DNA of 64,000 nt, from the IMG/VR virus record IMGVR_UViG_3300012665_000356, positions 14,232-78,231 of that record, one strand, 5' to 3'. This document shows, piece after piece, positions 40,872-49,392 of this stretch (positions are counted from its first letter, which is position 1; every line of letters begins with the position of its first letter). The stretch is from a virus. Position numbers and translations under genes: made by a program. The notes under the pieces were generated by a model. That model worked only from the letters and a program-made list of their open reading frames with translations. It ran no database searches and was not told the DNA's origin.

Positions 40872-41267
40872 TTAATATTTGATGAATGAACCATTTTCTC
40901 CGTCTTCGGAGACCTCAATCCAAACCTCACGGTCTGGATACTTTAGTGTGATAATGTTATACAAATCGTCTGACATCATCTCACAACTTTTGTAGTCAAG
41001 GCTCAAAACGGAACCTTGACCATTATACAACGACTCGAGCCATCGCTTGAACTGGATGAATTCGATGTCCCTGTCATTATGGAGCACATTGATCCACACC
41101 CTGAAATGAAAGATGTGGCGATGAGGGTTAGACAAAAACGATACATCGTATTCGTCTCCTGTAGCTAGTGTTGGATCTGTTGCGGCTGCTGGATAGCAGT
41201 GAATGCCTTCTTTACGGAAAGTAACCCAGATCATTTTATTAGGTCTGACGTCTTGACGAATAATCAT
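40872..41267 (-). CDS. queD: Divergent 6-carboxy-tetrahydropterin synthase (QueD-like T-fold)
   Basis: His motifs GIHCY and PHRHIFH, SCEMMS, terminal EVSEDGENG; next to folE. Confidence 0.7.
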   Translation of the reverse strand: MIIRQDVRPNKMIWVTFRKEGIHCYPAAATDPTLATGDEYDVSFLSNPHRHIFHFRVWINVLHNDRDIEFIQFKRWLESLYNGQGSVLSLDYKSCEMMSDDLYNIITLKYPDREVWIEVSEDGENGSFIKY

Positions 41268-41491
41268 ACTGACATCAACCCTTCACACAGTGTTTTAATT
41301 TCGTCTCTAGTCATATGAAAGTTATAAGTGCTAGAAGAAGAAACTTCGCCTTTGTCGTCTAGGCTTTCTTGAATAATGTCTATGGCCAATAATTCTTTAG
41401 GTCGAAGACATTGCCAAGATTCTACACGAACTCTGTAGGCTGAGTTTTCTTTAATAGTAATGTTTTTAATATTTAGATCAGGATGTTTCAT
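41264..41491 (-). CDS. Hypothetical protein
   Basis: 75 aa; overlap-coupled. Confidence 0.5.
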   Translation of the reverse strand: MKHPDLNIKNITIKENSAYRVRVESWQCLRPKELLAIDIIQESLDDKGEVSSSSTYNFHMTRDEIKTLCEGLMSV

Positions 41492-41847
41492 CGTAGACTT
41501 TCCATAGTGATAATTTTACCTATTTCGGCTCCAAGTTCTTTATCGTCAGTGATAACATACATATTATTAACACTTTCGTCTTTTCGACGATCGTAACTAC
41601 GTGTTTCGATAACAAAACCGCCAGAAGCACGATATACTTGTAGTCGCATGCCTTCACTGCTTAGTCGATCAGTTTCGATAGTTTGGGGAATGTCTTGTTC
41701 GTAATCGTCGGACATTATCCAATTGCGGATTCGCTGTTTTAATGATATTTTCATTGATACTTTCCTAATTTTGCGAGCAGGTCTAATAGCACCTACACTT
41801 CTGCGTTGTTTAGAACTGACAACGTTAGCATATCCCATTGTACCCAT
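41488..41847 (-). CDS. Hypothetical protein
   Basis: Probable start at 41847 (TAATG overlap). Confidence 0.55.
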   Translation of the reverse strand: MGTMGYANVVSSKQRRSVGAIRPARKIRKVSMKISLKQRIRNWIMSDDYEQDIPQTIETDRLSSEGMRLQVYRASGGFVIETRSYDRRKDESVNNMYVITDDKELGAEIGKIITMESLR

Positions 41848-42380
41848 TATTTTATAATCTCGTCTTTGCCATATTGATCCCAATTGGTAAACTTATCTCT
41901 ACCAAGTAGGTCCTGTAGGTTATGGCACCAAACCCCAGGATTGGTTGCGTTAAAATCTTTGTCGTCGATCTTTAACGTAGCGTTATACCCTAGTTGATTT
42001 AGATAAGGTAATTTTACACTAATCTGCGGAATAAATCTACGTTTTTCGGTAAGACCGCTTTCTAGCAATCCTTCTGTTTCACTGACATCAAAGTCTAGTG
42101 TACACCAAAAACCATCTTCAGCATCTAGACAGACATAGATCATATCTTCCCACGGCCGCCACGTTTCGGAATCATTTATCCCTTTGGTCTTAAAACTTTG
42201 ATTAGCACCAAAATAGATATGTTTACAATGATAATTGCGAGCAAGTTCCATAATTATATACGGATCATGAACTCCAACTACAAACAAAGTTTTCATACCA
42301 TAGGCAGGCGTGTGTTCAATTTCAATACCTGTGAAAAAAGTAATAGCGTCAGTTTCGCCTGATTGATAATTTCGTTTCAT
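41847..42380 (-). CDS. Conserved-looking hypothetical protein in the deazaguanine cluster
   Basis: 177 aa, alpha/beta pattern; EHTPAYG, HIYFGANQSF, KIDDKDF..NPGVWCH. Confidence 0.6.
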   Translation of the reverse strand: MKRNYQSGETDAITFFTGIEIEHTPAYGMKTLFVVGVHDPYIIMELARNYHCKHIYFGANQSFKTKGINDSETWRPWEDMIYVCLDAEDGFWCTLDFDVSETEGLLESGLTEKRRFIPQISVKLPYLNQLGYNATLKIDDKDFNATNPGVWCHNLQDLLGRDKFTNWDQYGKDEIIK

Positions 42381-42544
42381 CGCTTGAACCAGTTTTTAAT
42401 GGAGTTAAACAAATTATAATATCTTGCTTTATAATTGTCAAGTAGTATTTGATCCAAAGCAGACGGATGGTGAGGGCATCGGCCTTGATTATAATCGCAA
42501 GCGGGAGTATATACATCGCCGCAGGTTTTACAGTTTTTTACCAT
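42377..42544 (-). CDS. Small Cys/His (zinc-finger-like) protein missing from the ORF track
   Basis: Hand translation gives MVKNCKTCGDVYTPACDYNQGRCPHHPSALDQILLDNYKARYYNLFNSIKNWFKR* (55 aa); it fills the gap and has an ATGA overlap. Confidence 0.6.
   Translation of the reverse strand: MVKNCKTCGDVYTPACDYNQGRCPHHPSALDQILLDNYKARYYNLFNSIKNWFKR
42413..42441 (-). promoter_or_regulatory. Consensus sigma70 promoter
   Basis: TTGACA-N17-TATAAT, pointing toward the queD-GT-folE genes. Confidence 0.75.
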
Positions 42545-42750
42545 GTGCTTACATCAGTGATATCAACGACGGTGTCGATGTCTTTATCGTTATCGTTGAA
42601 AAGGTTGAACTTGACAGTGACCGAAGGGCCAATGCCGCTTGTGTGAGCTGATTCAAGAGTAAACCATTCTACTTCTTTAAATTGTGTTGCTATCTTAGTA
42701 AGTTTTTCAATCTGAGATCTATTAAGGCAAAAGTGATTTGGGTCATACAT
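42538..42750 (-). CDS. Hypothetical protein
   Basis: Probable start MYDPN at 42750 after AGGAGG; SGIGP...DITDVSTW. Confidence 0.55.
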   Translation of the reverse strand: MYDPNHFCLNRSQIEKLTKIATQFKEVEWFTLESAHTSGIGPSVTVKFNLFNDNDKDIDTVVDITDVSTW

Positions 42751-44266
42751 TTTGAGCCTCCTGCTCGTGATACAATGCTTCAAGTTCAAGGAGTTTTTCA
42801 TCTTCAGGATCCATAAAATCTTCTACGTCACCAGTTTTTTGTTCTTCTTCATACAAGGCATTAAACGTATTTTTAGCAAGACCGCCTTTTAATCGCATAC
42901 CCATCATGTTATTAAGCATTGGGCGAGCTTGTTCAATCATATCCATTGGAGTTTCGCTTTTAAACAATTCTTCAACAAAACGATCAAAGTATAATACGTT
43001 GCGTGGAACCCAATCGCTGTACTCGTCACTCATGTCCGCATCTTTAATCTTTTTCCACTCTCTCCAATCAGGTTGGAATCGAGCAGTTTCGATATCCATT
43101 AAATTGTTAGCACGTTGTACTGCGGTAATATGACAATAGGTATTATGTGCCATCATTAGAGCATAGCCAAAACTATCCCATGATGTCTTGCCTTCTTTAC
43201 CTACTTTATTCAACATTCCAGGTTTGTACCAACAAATATCGCCTTGAGTTAATCTTCGACCAATTTCTGATTCGAACGGGAAGGGGATATTAAAAGCCTG
43301 GCTAAGGGCTTTGTTGTCTGGGGCTTTGTCCATGATGACTGACCAACGTTTGTTAGTGTGTTGGGCGTTGGTGTAGACGAGTCCGTGCGCTGTCGCAATG
43401 AACGGGCTGGCACAATCAAAAGATATGGTAAAGTTTTCATTAATATTTTTCCTTACTTGTCGTTGAATGCTAGTTAGATAACATGACCAGTCTAATTGAG
43501 CAGTACCCAAAAAGTGCATCCAGTTTCTGTTATCTAACAGTTTCTCATCACGGAGTATGATAAGTCTTTTGAGTGCTATTTCCATATCGCACATATTCTT
43601 TCCGCCCATTGCCCACCCTTCAGTAGGCAAATGTTTAACAGCTTCATACCATGCCTGCGCAGTTTCCCAGTCACTGCCTTGTAGCACGTTTAAGAATTTA
43701 GTTTGTCCTAATCGATTACGTATAAAATAGTCATTGTTGTGTAGAGTTTTATCTAAACAATCTTGAAAACTTTTTAAACCAGTCTTCGGACTATGAATAT
43801 GATCACATGCCCATGTTGGCACATCTAATAACATTGACCAGTCTGCGGTAAGTTCTAACCAATTAAGGATGCTATCTCTAGTTTTATTAGCAGCAGCGCC
43901 TTCAAAGTTTTGCCAATCAAATTTTAACACACCTTTACCAATCTGATACCCGCCAGAGTCACCAACAATCACTGTATTAGCACGATCGCGATCTTGAATC
44001 ATGGCATCTTGTGTGATGGTTTTTTCTAAGTCTAGTTGTGCGTGACCTGCTGAATACAGACCGTACTTGTAAGTAAAATAACCTTGTTCGGGATTAAGAA
44101 AGTTCATACCTTCAATGCCTCGATCAAACCCCTGTGGAACTCGATCTTGGGGAACAAAGTCATTAAATCTTTGTTTACTAACATAAGTTGAATAAAAACA
44201 ACTAATCGCAGGCAGATATACTGCGTAGTCTTTTTGTAATGGTGTTAAATTAACTGGTGGTTTCAT
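42743..44266 (-). CDS. Divergent guanine transglycosylase (TGT/DpdA-like)
   Basis: GDSGGYQ, MLLDVP, LNVLQG, GWAMGG, MHFLG, SFDCASP match TGT-barrel catalytic motifs; no canonical CxCxxC zinc motif seen. Confidence 0.8.
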   Translation of the reverse strand: MKPPVNLTPLQKDYAVYLPAISCFYSTYVSKQRFNDFVPQDRVPQGFDRGIEGMNFLNPEQGYFTYKYGLYSAGHAQLDLEKTITQDAMIQDRDRANTVIVGDSGGYQIGKGVLKFDWQNFEGAAANKTRDSILNWLELTADWSMLLDVPTWACDHIHSPKTGLKSFQDCLDKTLHNNDYFIRNRLGQTKFLNVLQGSDWETAQAWYEAVKHLPTEGWAMGGKNMCDMEIALKRLIILRDEKLLDNRNWMHFLGTAQLDWSCYLTSIQRQVRKNINENFTISFDCASPFIATAHGLVYTNAQHTNKRWSVIMDKAPDNKALSQAFNIPFPFESEIGRRLTQGDICWYKPGMLNKVGKEGKTSWDSFGYALMMAHNTYCHITAVQRANNLMDIETARFQPDWREWKKIKDADMSDEYSDWVPRNVLYFDRFVEELFKSETPMDMIEQARPMLNNMMGMRLKGGLAKNTFNALYEEEQKTGDVEDFMDPEDEKLLELEALYHEQEAQNV

Positions 44267-44618
44267 AATCTCTCGCTAAGTGTGCTGTAATTTCTAATTG
44301 TTGTTGTGCCTGTTCTAAGTTGTCTAGTGCTATTTTAACAGCAGAATTCTTTTTAGCCAAGGCCTGTAATGTTACTTCTTCGTCACGTTTCTTACGTGCC
44401 CAATCGAGTAACGATTCGGCTTCAGGCGATAATCCTACAGAAGCATAATTCATTTCAATAGTTTTCCACATATTTCCGTCGTTAACTTCCATACAGCTCA
44501 TGTTTGAGTTCCAACGAAGCATACCAGCCCCAACTGATCCGGGGCTAATGTATGTATTAGATGGCGAACCACCTGAAACTGTGATATACTTTCCGTTAGG
44601 ATTAATACCTTTGATCAT
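44250..44618 (-). CDS. Hypothetical protein
   Basis: 122 aa between the clamp and TGT-like genes. Confidence 0.55.
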   Translation of the reverse strand: MIKGINPNGKYITVSGGSPSNTYISPGSVGAGMLRWNSNMSCMEVNDGNMWKTIEMNYASVGLSPEAESLLDWARKKRDEEVTLQALAKKNSAVKIALDNLEQAQQQLEITAHLARDYETTS

Positions 44619-44620
44619 AT

Positions 44621-45358
44621 TTAGGCCGCTTGTGCTGGAATAATATATTTGTAGATAGCAACACCGCTGTCTAGAGTGATCTGGATAGCACCTTCGTTGC
44701 TTAATGACATCTTAGTGTTGTTAACATCAGCAATTTTTAAGATACTTAAGATTGGAGTAACTGGCCAAGTCCAACCGCGATCTAATTTTCCTGCTACATT
44801 CTGGGCAAAAATAAACTCGCCACCGTGTGTTGACATGTCACCAAATGTAAATTTAAGATTACCGCCTTCGGTTTTAGCAAGGAATGTTGGATGTTCACTG
44901 TGAGCACCTGCTTGGAAATTGAAACGCTGAACACTAGCTACTGTTGGTTCAATTTCTACGTCCCACTTAACACCTCGAAACTTAACAGCTTTCATTTTTT
45001 CATTAATGATTTCTGAATTCATAAAGCGATAGTCGTTTTTAAAGTCGCCATCTTTGTTTTCAAAATGAATTCCTACCGGAATAGTTTCACCATTGCGCTC
45101 TGCTGACGTAATGCTAATTTTAGCATTTTCTTTATACTCAGAACCGTCTAATAGGTATTTGAGTTTTTGTAATTGTGGCATACCAAAAACGCCAATCATA
45201 TCTGGATATGGTTGATATGTTGTAGCTTCCATAATAACAGAACGGTCGTCTGCCATTGAAAAGAATGAAGTGTCTTTGTCTGTGCCTGTAATTTTAACAG
45301 TAGTCAAAAACCCTAAGTTCTGGGTGTGACTAACGATGTCTTGTAAAATGTCTTTCAT
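44621..45358 (-). CDS. DNA sliding clamp (gp45/PCNA-like)
   Basis: 245 aa directly downstream of PolB; two-repeat beta/alpha pattern ending YKYIIPA; GGAG SD. Confidence 0.65.
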   Translation of the reverse strand: MKDILQDIVSHTQNLGFLTTVKITGTDKDTSFFSMADDRSVIMEATTYQPYPDMIGVFGMPQLQKLKYLLDGSEYKENAKISITSAERNGETIPVGIHFENKDGDFKNDYRFMNSEIINEKMKAVKFRGVKWDVEIEPTVASVQRFNFQAGAHSEHPTFLAKTEGGNLKFTFGDMSTHGGEFIFAQNVAGKLDRGWTWPVTPILSILKIADVNNTKMSLSNEGAIQITLDSGVAIYKYIIPAQAA

Positions 45359-45381
45359 AAAAATTCTCCGGTTATATTAAG

Positions 45382-45410
45382 ATTATATTTAGATTGTGAA
45401 TAAAAATCAA
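45382..45410 (-). promoter_or_regulatory. Overlapping sigma70-type and late-type promoter for the clamp/TGT genes
   Basis: TTGATT-N17-TATAAT with TAAATA (45391-45386) overlapping the -10. Confidence 0.55.
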
Positions 45411-45418
45411 CCATTAAA

Positions 45419-48088
45419 TCATTCAAAATCAAATAATTTGTTAAAAGTGTTGTCGCTTCTTGTTTGACTGATATCCCATTCTAGAACACCAATAAGGTTT
45501 TCTAATTTCTCGTCTATGACAGTAGTTTCCATCTCGCCGTCGTTGAACGGCAGGTCCTTGAACCATTGTGGTAAACGAAGTTCGTCTACAGGATACGCAA
45601 CACTAGTGTACCCCATAGGATTATCTTTAACTTTACACACAATTACTTTCATACCGTCAACGATATTCATGGAGTATTTGTCATCCATCATACGCTTCAG
45701 TGTGTTCCAGTTTAGACTAGCTCGAACGTGTCCAGGCATATTGGTCTTACCTGCTTTCTTTTCCTTAGCGCCATACTCAGTAATGTTGTTGGCACGTTTA
45801 GGTGAACCTTTTTCCCAACCTGGCCGAGTTTTAAACTCTGTACGGAAGTTTGTAATATGTTCAAGAACTTGTTCTTTTGTGTGACCAGTAAGAACCTTTT
45901 CAAGAACTTCACTTAAAAAGTTTTGAATTACTACAGGAGTGTCAGAACGTTTAAGATCTAAACCCATGGCTTTAATTTTTCCTGGATTACCGCCAGTGTC
46001 TTGACGTTTTCCTTCTTTGTCGTAGTAAAGCACCGCATAGCGTTTTTTAGTAATAAACAATCCTTTACTAGCAACAATTTCACGACCTGCTTTAATAACG
46101 TCACCACGAGTTTTAGGACAATGAAATTTATCAGTCATCATTTTAGGAAAGCTCTGATTTACTTCATCAGCAATTTGATCATAAAGTTGAACTACGGTTT
46201 CTTTTGTCCAGGGCAGTTGTCCGCTTTCAATTTCTTTCTTTAGAATTGGGTACGCTGTAAAATAACAAGAATCAGTATCGCCGTATATTACAGCACGGCC
46301 TTTGTAATCATATTCAGCAGTAATGATTTCGTTGATCTTAGCAGCCATATGCTTAACAATAGTTCGACCAGTTAAAGTTGTTGATTGGCCGATACGATTG
46401 TCAAAGAATCTACAACCAGGATTAAGAATAGCACCATACAAACTGTTCAAGTTAATCTTCTTAACTAACTGTCGCTTGTCCCAGTATTCTTCTTCAATCT
46501 TATTACCGCTAGCAATACATTCTTTAAGTTTGGCCTGCATCTCTTTACGCTCGGCATACCAACGTTTTAACAAGCCGGGAATAATACCTTCTTTTTCATA
46601 GGTAAAGATTGTACCGTTTGCACTAAGCATCCACGGCTGTCCAGAGTCAAAAATTAAATCGTTTATTTGTGCTCCGGACAATACATCTTTTCCGCCTTCT
46701 TCCCAGTCGATAGTGATTTCTTTAGCAACGTTTCTCTCCATTACTAATTCGTATTCGAGTGAGCCAAACAAACCTTCCCAAGCAGCAGCAAATGATTTGC
46801 CGTGGCGTACCATTTGTTCGTCAATGTAATTTTTAGTGTAGTCTGGTCGTAATTGGCCAACAATAGTTTCTGGGCCCATGTTAAGCGCACGAATCGCAGA
46901 TGGATAAAGAGAGTTTAAGTCAACTGAACCAATCCATTCGTGAATACCTTTTTTAGGATACGCAACATACGCACCTGCGGCTGGCTCACTTCCGGGCTCT
47001 CGACGAATTCGATTTGGCACAATCATACCGCGTCTATGAGCTTCGTTAATAATTGCTTGTTCAGTTACAGCAACAGCACCCATGGCAGTTTGAAGCAATA
47101 CTGTGTTTTCGTGCGCAATTTTATTAGCTAGGTCTAAGAATTTTAATTTATTGTCTAGCTTATCGAGTAGAGCACAGTCTTGTCTGTTGTATTCAATAAA
47201 TCTTCGGAAGTCATTGTTGTATAGTTGGTCAAGTGTGCCTTCATAGACAGTCTTATTCTCGCCTATCTCCATCTCTCCAATCGCATCCAGTCGATAGGTG
47301 TGTCGTTCTTCATAGGTATATTTGCGGTACAACTCGAGACTGTCCAAATGAACACGACCAATAAGATCATAAGTAACAGCGGCTTTTCCATATTTTTCGT
47401 ATTCTCGTTTTTTTGGAAATTGATTCCATAAACAAAATCTGCGAGTGTCTTCTTTGCTTAATGCTTTGGTTACACGGTTGACTGTGTAGGGGATATCGAA
47501 GCCTTCTGAGTTCCAGCCTGATAATACATCAGCATCTTCGATCAGTGTTAGAAAGTTGTCTAACATATCTGCTTCGTTGTCAAACAAATATGTGTTTGGA
47601 ATACCAGCAACTAACTTTTCTGCTTCTTCTATAGTCATAGACTTAGGCGGAACAGCCAAACATACAAGGGTGTTTAACCATTGTAGGTGAACAGCGATAG
47701 CAGTAATTGGCATAAACGCATCGTCTGGTGACGCATAGCCACGTTCAGGGTCAAAGTCAACTTCGATGTCAAACCATGCTACGTTTAATTTAGGAGCATC
47801 GACATTGAGATAGTTGTCTTCTAAACAACGGAATATTGGATTGATGTCAGACTCATAGAGTTTTTGACTACCGTGTATTTTTTGTTCTTTGTGGAATTCT
47901 TTTAGATTTTTACAAGTAACACGACTCAGTGGTGTGCCGTGTGTGCTAACATACTTGCCTTTGGAATCTGGATAATAAAACAGATATTTGGCAGCGTATT
48001 CTTTAAAATGTCTGCGACCTTCTGTGTCTCGCTCAACAACAGAGATAAGGTCATTGTCTCTGTCGTAGAAAGCATCTACGTAACTCAT
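45419..48088 (-). CDS. polB: Family B DNA polymerase (gp43-like)
   Basis: Exonuclease motifs FDIE, GWNSEGFD, YNRQD; polymerase motifs DLNSLYPS, KINLNSLYG, YGDTDS, KKRY. Confidence 0.97.
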   Translation of the reverse strand: MSYVDAFYDRDNDLISVVERDTEGRRHFKEYAAKYLFYYPDSKGKYVSTHGTPLSRVTCKNLKEFHKEQKIHGSQKLYESDINPIFRCLEDNYLNVDAPKLNVAWFDIEVDFDPERGYASPDDAFMPITAIAVHLQWLNTLVCLAVPPKSMTIEEAEKLVAGIPNTYLFDNEADMLDNFLTLIEDADVLSGWNSEGFDIPYTVNRVTKALSKEDTRRFCLWNQFPKKREYEKYGKAAVTYDLIGRVHLDSLELYRKYTYEERHTYRLDAIGEMEIGENKTVYEGTLDQLYNNDFRRFIEYNRQDCALLDKLDNKLKFLDLANKIAHENTVLLQTAMGAVAVTEQAIINEAHRRGMIVPNRIRREPGSEPAAGAYVAYPKKGIHEWIGSVDLNSLYPSAIRALNMGPETIVGQLRPDYTKNYIDEQMVRHGKSFAAAWEGLFGSLEYELVMERNVAKEITIDWEEGGKDVLSGAQINDLIFDSGQPWMLSANGTIFTYEKEGIIPGLLKRWYAERKEMQAKLKECIASGNKIEEEYWDKRQLVKKINLNSLYGAILNPGCRFFDNRIGQSTTLTGRTIVKHMAAKINEIITAEYDYKGRAVIYGDTDSCYFTAYPILKKEIESGQLPWTKETVVQLYDQIADEVNQSFPKMMTDKFHCPKTRGDVIKAGREIVASKGLFITKKRYAVLYYDKEGKRQDTGGNPGKIKAMGLDLKRSDTPVVIQNFLSEVLEKVLTGHTKEQVLEHITNFRTEFKTRPGWEKGSPKRANNITEYGAKEKKAGKTNMPGHVRASLNWNTLKRMMDDKYSMNIVDGMKVIVCKVKDNPMGYTSVAYPVDELRLPQWFKDLPFNDGEMETTVIDEKLENLIGVLEWDISQTRSDNTFNKLFDFE

Positions 48089-48098
48089 TTTTTTCTCC

Positions 48099-48151
48099 TT
48101 GTGATTTAGGGCTCACAAATACCAAAATAATCATTTATGGCTGATCAAACC
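48099..48151 (-). promoter_or_regulatory. Tandem stem-loop translational operator candidate upstream of the DNA polymerase
   Basis: mRNA UGAUCA-GCCAUAAA-UGAUUA and UUGUGA-GCCCUAAA-UCACAA, each preceded by GGU; the second abuts the SD GGAG. Confidence 0.65.
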
Positions 48152-48160
48152 GTTCTCATA

Positions 48161-48451
48161 TTAATTAATTAGCATTCGCACTAGACCAAATGTATCAATT
48201 GCGGTTAGCAAGATATAATTAGCCAACATGCCAAACGATTTCCTAGTGTAAGCTGCCCATGCGTACATAGCACAGCCAAGAATCCAAACAGGGTATAAGG
48301 CAAGTAACGGGGGATTTGGAACAGTGACAGCCATAGTAATAGAACAACCAATACTAATCGCCCAAGCTAATATTTCAACAATAAATCGAAAGCTGTTACT
48401 GCGCCAATCAGCTTTGATCCATTTAAATGTAGGTCTAAATAATTCTATCAT
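48161..48451 (-). CDS. Small multi-pass membrane protein
   Basis: Three hydrophobic segments in 96 aa. Confidence 0.6.
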   Translation of the reverse strand: MIELFRPTFKWIKADWRSNSFRFIVEILAWAISIGCSITMAVTVPNPPLLALYPVWILGCAMYAWAAYTRKSFGMLANYILLTAIDTFGLVRMLIN

Positions 48452-48708
48452 TCTGGAAGGTGCTTTGTTACACCTAAGATCATTTCAATTTCGTTCCACT
48501 CATTTTCGTGATCTTTCCAATTATCTTTGTGTGCGATTTTAATTGCTTTGTTGATAATGCTGGGTTTGATTTGCAGTTCTTCGGCTACTGCTTTGACTGT
48601 TTCTTTAAGACCTTCTTGTAGATCTTCAACTTCACGTAGTACAGTTGAGCCTTCGTTGATAAGGCGTTCAAGTTTTGCTTTCTCTTCGGGACCGTACATT
48701 TTTGTCAT
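48448..48708 (-). CDS. T4 DsbA/GapR-like dsDNA-binding protein
   Basis: Helical EVEDLQEGLKETVKAVAEELQIKPSIINKAIKIAHK pattern; AAGGAG SD. Confidence 0.55.
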   Translation of the reverse strand: MTKMYGPEEKAKLERLINEGSTVLREVEDLQEGLKETVKAVAEELQIKPSIINKAIKIAHKDNWKDHENEWNEIEMILGVTKHLPE

Positions 48709-48731
48709 ATAATAACTCCTTGTTAATAGTT

Positions 48732-48761
48732 ATTATATATGACTACGGCCCCTTAGAGCAA
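48732..48761 (-). promoter_or_regulatory. sigma70-type promoter for the replication genes
   Basis: TTGCTC-N18-TATAAT upstream of the DsbA-like gene. Confidence 0.5.
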
Positions 48762-48764
48762 GAA

Positions 48765-49382
48765 TTAATCTACCAAAATGTGAAGTGCGTGATTGTAATG
48801 CTTGATGCGATCTTCTAAACCAATAGTACCGCCGTTGATACGTTTGGTCATTGTTAGAATATCACCGGAGTCAGCAAATTGATTAAGTTTGTTAGCAGCC
48901 CAGAACCACCCGGCTGATAATACTGCTCCCGGGGAAGTTTCAAGTAATTCTGGTTCTTCTAACAAATCTGCCCCTAATGCTTCACCGCAAGCTGTGTAAT
49001 TATTTTTACCTGTAACTTGGATTAAGCCGCGACCACGATAACGAAAACCGTCACCGCTTGCTTCGTCGCCATTGCCCATTCTATTGGCATATACTCTATT
49101 GGCAATCTTTTCTGGTTTACGTTCGTAATCGGCTGCTAAAGCATCTGTTGGAAAGTACTTTGGAAATGTACCTCTAAGACCTTTTGCTCCGTAGTTGAGA
49201 TTTTCAACCATGAAATTAAAATTACCACTTTCATGAGCACACTGAGCAAGAAATGCTGCTTGTCTTGCTGGTGTCATAATATCAAACAATTCAAATGTTT
49301 CTACAAAGCCTTCATATAGATCTGCTACTCTTTGTTTTTTTGCCTCGGGGAAGGCTTCTTGAATTTGTTCTAAAAGAATCAT
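48765..49382 (-). CDS. GH19 chitinase-like endolysin
   Basis: FLAQCAHESG, ENLNY, YRGRGLIQVTGKNNY, TKRINGGTIGLEDR; true start probably MILLEQ at 49382. Confidence 0.9.
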   Translation of the reverse strand: MILLEQIQEAFPEAKKQRVADLYEGFVETFELFDIMTPARQAAFLAQCAHESGNFNFMVENLNYGAKGLRGTFPKYFPTDALAADYERKPEKIANRVYANRMGNGDEASGDGFRYRGRGLIQVTGKNNYTACGEALGADLLEEPELLETSPGAVLSAGWFWAANKLNQFADSGDILTMTKRINGGTIGLEDRIKHYNHALHILVD

Positions 49383-49392
49383 TGTTTTTCCT

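Noticed and set aside
45419-48088. Intein or intron in the DNA polymerase
   Set aside because: 889 aa with contiguous PolB motifs; no splice motifs or homing endonuclease visible.
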